64,000 nt of DNA from an uncultured Chlorobiaceae bacterium (lineage in GTDB: Bacteria > Bacteroidota > Ignavibacteria > UBA10030 > SZUA-254), in the NCBI GenBank assembly GCA_964410105.1, contig CAYPFY010000001.1, positions 20,718 through 84,717 of the forward strand, written 5' to 3'. Numbering within the stretch: position 1 is the first letter of the stretch; every line of letters starts with the position of its first letter. Shown piece by piece: positions 60,509-64,000 of the stretch. The notes beneath the pieces were generated by a model. It ran no database searches, was not told the origin of the DNA, and saw only the letters and a program-made list of their open reading frames with translations. A program made the translations under genes and the position numbers.

Positions 60509-61882
60509 ATGAAGACGATCATCGAGCCATTTAAGATCAAGACCGTCGAGCCGATACGGTTCACCTCGCCCGAGGAACGAAGCCGCATCCTCGCCGAAGC
60601 GGGGTTCAACCCGTTCCTCATCCGGGCGGAAGACGTTTTGATCGACCTCCTCACCGACAGCGGCACGTCGGCCATGAGCGCCAAGCAGTGGGCCGGGATG
60701 ATGGAGGGGGATGAATCGTACGCTGGCGCGCGGAGTTTTTTCCGCTTCGAACGGATCGCGAAGGATCTGACCGGCTTCGACTTTATCATCCCCACGCACC
60801 AGGGGCGCGCGGCCGAGAAAATTCTCTTCACCCTTCTGGGAGGAGCAGGTAAATATTTTCCCAACAATACTCACTTCGACACGACCCGGGCAAACATAGA
60901 GTTCTCCGGGGCTGAGGCGCTCGACTTTCCCACGCCGGCGGCACGGGAGACCGCATCGCCGGCCGATTTCAAGGGAGATATGGACATCCCTGCGCTCGAA
61001 CGCTGCATAAGGGAAAAGGGGAGGGAAAGCATCCCGCTCGTGATGGTGACGGTCACCAACAACGCGGGCGGAGGCCAGCCGGTCTCGATGAAAAATATCC
61101 GCGAGACGAAAGAACTCTGTTCGCGCTACGGGATCCCGCTTTTCCTCGATGCCTGCCGGTTCGCGGAGAATGCCTTTTTCATCAAGAAACGGGAAAAGGG
61201 CTTTGGGACGGTACCGGTGAAATCGATCGTCCAGGAGATGTTTTCCTACGCCGACGGTTGCACGATGAGCGCAAAGAAAGATGCCATTGTCAATATGGGG
61301 GGATTCCTCGGCCTGAACGACGCCGATCTGGCATCGAAGGCGCGCAATATTCTCATCGTCACCGAAGGTTTTCCGACATACGGAGGGCTTGCCGGCCGGG
61401 ATCTCGAGGCGATGGCCCAGGGCCTTGAAGAGGTTTTGGATGAGAACTACCTTACCTACCGGATCCGGTCCGTCGAGTATCTCGGCGAAAAACTCAGCCG
61501 GGCCGGAGTCCCGATCCTGGAGCCGCCGGGAGGCCACGCGATCTATCTCGACGCGAAGCGCTTCGCCCCCCATATCGCGCCGCATCACTTCCCGGGACAG
61601 GCAATCGTCTGTGAACTCTACCTCGCGGCCGGGATCCGGTCGGTCGAGATAGGAAGCGTGATGTTCGGCCGCAAGAATCCGTCGACGGGAGAATTCGTGC
61701 CGGCCCCCATGGAACTCGTCCGGCTCGCGATACCCCGGCGGGTCTATACCCAGAGCCATATCGACTATGTAGTCGAGGCGGTTCTGGATGTCTACTCCCG
61801 CCGCAAGCAACTTGCCGGACTCCGCATCGTCTCCGAGGCCCCTCTGCTCAGACATTTTACGGCGCGGTTCGAATCCCTATGA
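60509..61882 (+). CDS. tnaA: Tryptophanase / tyrosine phenol-lyase (PLP beta-eliminating lyase)
   Basis: MKTIIEPFKIKTVEPIRFTSPEER...TDSGTSAMS...SAKKD (PLP-Lys region). Confidence 0.85.
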   Translation: MKTIIEPFKIKTVEPIRFTSPEERSRILAEAGFNPFLIRAEDVLIDLLTDSGTSAMSAKQWAGMMEGDESYAGARSFFRFERIAKDLTGFDFIIPTHQGRAAEKILFTLLGGAGKYFPNNTHFDTTRANIEFSGAEALDFPTPAARETASPADFKGDMDIPALERCIREKGRESIPLVMVTVTNNAGGGQPVSMKNIRETKELCSRYGIPLFLDACRFAENAFFIKKREKGFGTVPVKSIVQEMFSYADGCTMSAKKDAIVNMGGFLGLNDADLASKARNILIVTEGFPTYGGLAGRDLEAMAQGLEEVLDENYLTYRIRSVEYLGEKLSRAGVPILEPPGGHAIYLDAKRFAPHIAPHHFPGQAIVCELYLAAGIRSVEIGSVMFGRKNPSTGEFVPAPMELVRLAIPRRVYTQSHIDYVVEAVLDVYSRRKQLAGLRIVSEAPLLRHFTARFESL

Positions 61883-62583
61883 TCGTCTGCTCCGTCTGCC
61901 GGACCGAGAATCACCACCTTGCGATCACCTGCCGCTCGTGCGGCGGGTTTCTGCAGGCCAAAGTCGAGAACCTCGATCTCTTCTCGACGGCGTGGGGCGT
62001 CATCGAGCGCCCGCGGCGGGCTTTCCGGACCATCGGGCTGGCGGTGCATAAAAATTTCGCGTACGTCCTCGCCGCCACCTCCGGCATCGCGTTCGTCTTC
62101 CTTGCCTTCTGGATCGTGAAGGCGGGCGATCAGGCCGAGTCTCTTCTGAATATCATCGCGGCCGCCCTCGCCGTGGGCCCCTTTTTCGGGATCGCGGCCC
62201 TGCTAGCCGGCGCCGCGCTGGCACAGGCGGTATCGTCGATCGTCCGCGCCCCCCTCACGTTCCGGAACTGTTTTGCCCTCTTCGCCTGGTCCATGGTGCC
62301 GGTTGTGATTTCCCTCCTCGTCGTGATGCCCGTTGAGATCCTCTCGTTCGGTCAGTTTTTTTTCACCACCAATCCGTCGCCGCTCGTCCTGCGGCCGGTT
62401 TCCTATGTCATACTCCTCGGGCTTGACGGCCTCTTCGCCCTCTGGACGCTCCTCCTCCAGTTTGCGGGCCTGAAGACGCTTCTTCAGAACGGCTGGGGGA
62501 AAGCCGTGCTGGTTCAGATCGCGGCGCTGGCCCCACTGTGCGTCTCCCTCTGGATCGCGCGGTTGGTGCTGAAGGGAGCATGA
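61879..62583 (+). CDS. Membrane protein with an N-terminal zinc ribbon (Yip1-like)
   Basis: CSVCRTENHHLAITCRSCGGF followed by five TM helices. 4-nt overlap with tnaA. Confidence 0.55.
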   Translation: MIVCSVCRTENHHLAITCRSCGGFLQAKVENLDLFSTAWGVIERPRRAFRTIGLAVHKNFAYVLAATSGIAFVFLAFWIVKAGDQAESLLNIIAAALAVGPFFGIAALLAGAALAQAVSSIVRAPLTFRNCFALFAWSMVPVVISLLVVMPVEILSFGQFFFTTNPSPLVLRPVSYVILLGLDGLFALWTLLLQFAGLKTLLQNGWGKAVLVQIAALAPLCVSLWIARLVLKGA

Positions 62584-62954
62584 TGGAGCGGGAAGTTTTT
62601 GAAGAAATCGTCGAGAGGGTTTTCCACAATCTTCCCGAGCAATTCAAATCGGCGGTCGACAATGTCCGGATCGTCGTCGAGGATTTTCCCTCTGACGATC
62701 TCGTGAGGTCATTGCATCTTCAGTCCCGGCACCACCTCCTCGGGCTTTACCAGGGGATTCCGCTGACTCTTCGGGGGACATGGTACGGGATGACCCCGGT
62801 CGTGCCGGATACGATCTCGCTGTACCAGAAAAACATCGAGGCGCGCAGCCGCAGCGATGCGGAGATCGAGAGCGCCATCTATGACACGCTCGTCCACGAA
62901 GTGGGTCATTACTTCGGGATGAACGAAGAGGAGATCCGAAAAGCGGGTTATTAA
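62580..62954 (+). CDS. Small metallopeptidase-family protein (mini-zincin, C-terminal HExxH)
   Basis: LVHEVGHYFGMNEEEIRKAGY terminus. The start is taken at MMEREV, which overlaps the upstream stop (ATGA). Confidence 0.7.
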   Translation: MMEREVFEEIVERVFHNLPEQFKSAVDNVRIVVEDFPSDDLVRSLHLQSRHHLLGLYQGIPLTLRGTWYGMTPVVPDTISLYQKNIEARSRSDAEIESAIYDTLVHEVGHYFGMNEEEIRKAGY

Positions 62955-62997
62955 GCGAATTTTTTGTATATTGAACGGAGTATAAAAGGAGTCTTCA

Positions 62998-63294
62998 ATG
63001 GGAAAAGTCATATTCACGATTTCATATGATATCGCGCCGGATAAGAGGGACGAATACCTTGCCCTCACGCAGGAAATGAAGCAGCACTTTGCGAGCTCGA
63101 ACGGCCGGTCGTATGCGATCTATGAACAGAAGGGAAGGAAGAACAGCTTCTCCGAAGTCTTTATTTTCAATAACATGGAAGAATATGACCAACTCGAGGA
63201 TCAGGACGACCAGATGGCCTTGCTCGTTCAGCGTCTCGAGACCCTCCTCGCCGACCGCAAGATGAAGTACACGACCCTCATCGAACTGGACTAA
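62998..63294 (+). CDS. Hypothetical small protein (98 aa)
   Basis: Preceded by aaaggag. No family recognised. Possibly an ABM-like dimeric alpha/beta barrel. Confidence 0.4.
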   Translation: MGKVIFTISYDIAPDKRDEYLALTQEMKQHFASSNGRSYAIYEQKGRKNSFSEVFIFNNMEEYDQLEDQDDQMALLVQRLETLLADRKMKYTTLIELD

Positions 63295-63306
63295 AACCCG
63301 TTGTAG

Positions 63307-63789
63307 ATGCCCGCCCGGCCTGCCGACCCCATCGCGCAATTGATGCAGGAACATAATGACGCGCTCGTTCAGCTGAAGCTCCTCAACAAGGCAGCCCAGG
63401 CGGTCATGAGCGACGGCTGCTCACCGCGCCAGTTCACCAGGATCCGCGCGGCCCTGAGATTCATCAAGGAAGAAGTGAGCGTCCATAATGAGAGGGAGGA
63501 AGCTGCTCTCTTTCCCGTCCTCGAGCGATATGTCGAGGGCCCGACGCGGGTGATGCGAGCCGATCACGAGAAACTCCGGAGGGGATTTCGCCGTCTCGAA
63601 CAGTCCGTCGGGGTTTTGAGGAAAAAGCCCGACAGTTTCTCCGCCATCAAGCGTTTTTCCGAGATTTCCAGGGATGTCGTGCAGCTCTTCGTCAATCATA
63701 TCCATAAGGAGAACTATATCCTTTTTCCCCTTGTGAGACAGTTCCTTGGAAAGGACGAGCTGCGTGAGATTGCGAGGAAAATGCTTTGA
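63307..63789 (+). CDS. Hemerythrin-like (HHE cation-binding) domain protein
   Basis: Spaced H...HxxxE...H...HxxxE pattern (LMQEHNDAL, HNEREEAALFPVLE, HIHKENYILFPLV). Confidence 0.75.
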   Translation: MPARPADPIAQLMQEHNDALVQLKLLNKAAQAVMSDGCSPRQFTRIRAALRFIKEEVSVHNEREEAALFPVLERYVEGPTRVMRADHEKLRRGFRRLEQSVGVLRKKPDSFSAIKRFSEISRDVVQLFVNHIHKENYILFPLVRQFLGKDELREIARKML

Positions 63790-63865
63790 GCCCCCGTGGC
63801 CACGGGTCCTCTCCTGATCGAACCCACCGGCCGGGATCTGAAATCGGGGGGGGGAACCTGAATCG

Positions 63866-64000
63866 TTACTTTCTTGCCTCGAGCGTGGCCGACAGCGTGA
63901 CGTTGTCCGCTCCCCGTCGCACCAGGATCTCGACCTGATCTCCCGGTTTGTATTTTTCCAGGAGATACATGAAGTCGTAGATGTTTCTGACATCCTTCCC
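63866..64000 (-). CDS. 3'-terminal fragment (44 aa) of a PDZ-domain protein, probably an HtrA/DegP-like serine protease. The gene continues beyond the window.
   Basis: Reverse-strand translation GKDVRNIYDFMYLLEKYKPGDQVEILVRRGADNVTLSATLEARK*. This is a typical PDZ C-terminal strand pattern. Confidence 0.45.
   Translation of the reverse strand, partial: GKDVRNIYDFMYLLEKYKPGDQVEILVRRGADNVTLSATLEARK

Noticed and set aside
63421-63993. 190-aa minus ORF overlapping hemerythrin and extending into the terminal intergenic region
   Set aside because: It overlaps a motif-bearing hemerythrin gene. The separate C-terminal PDZ fragment at 63866..64000 lies in a different frame and explains the 3' end.

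Overview
The window is a densely packed, GC-rich bacterial chromosomal segment of about 60 protein-coding genes, with no rRNA, tRNA, CRISPR array or mobile element. Lineage markers (a type IX secretion C-terminal sorting domain, the bacillithiol enzyme BshC, and a split b6f-like cytochrome b) suggest an FCB-group organism (Chlorobi, Ignavibacteria, Rhodothermaeota or similar). Contents from 5' to 3': (1) a 5'-truncated giant surface protein with repeated Ig-like domains and a T9SS sorting domain, followed by a secreted BNR/Asp-box beta-propeller protein. (2) Several hypothetical proteins, a catalytic-only methylmalonyl-CoA mutase subunit, a UbiA prenyltransferase, a DUF362 protein and an EamA transporter. 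(3) A 790-bp nearly gene-free island. (4) acylphosphatase, ispF, DedA, PAP2, lnt, ltaE, thioesterase. (5) The conserved rimP-nusA-infB-rbfA-ribF-rpsO-pnp block. (6) bshC, transcribed divergently from a Rieske / cytochrome b6 / subunit IV / octaheme cytochrome c operon with a consensus sigma-70 promoter. (7) A 20-kb co-directional minus-strand array running from nucleoside salvage genes (PNP, BMP-family nucleoside ABC transporter, tdk, cdd, amidohydrolase) into the main finding. (8) Main finding: an 11-gene, translationally coupled locus with four paralogous cobalamin-dependent (class B) radical SAM enzymes, two SAM methyltransferases, two GT4 glycosyltransferases, a polytopic membrane protein, a membrane-anchored metallophosphoesterase and a nucleotidyltransferase-fold protein. 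It is organised as a duplicated rSAM-rSAM-MTase module and looks like an uncharacterised lipid/glycoconjugate tailoring pathway. (9) PASTA protein, rpe, an Lrp/AsnC regulator with a textbook promoter-plus-operator palindrome, glnA, enoyl-CoA hydratase, apt, tryptophanase, a zinc-ribbon membrane protein, a mini-zincin, hemerythrin and a 3'-truncated PDZ-protease gene. Coordinates follow the supplied ORF track; several starts were moved to internal start codons where homology or gene overlaps indicated.
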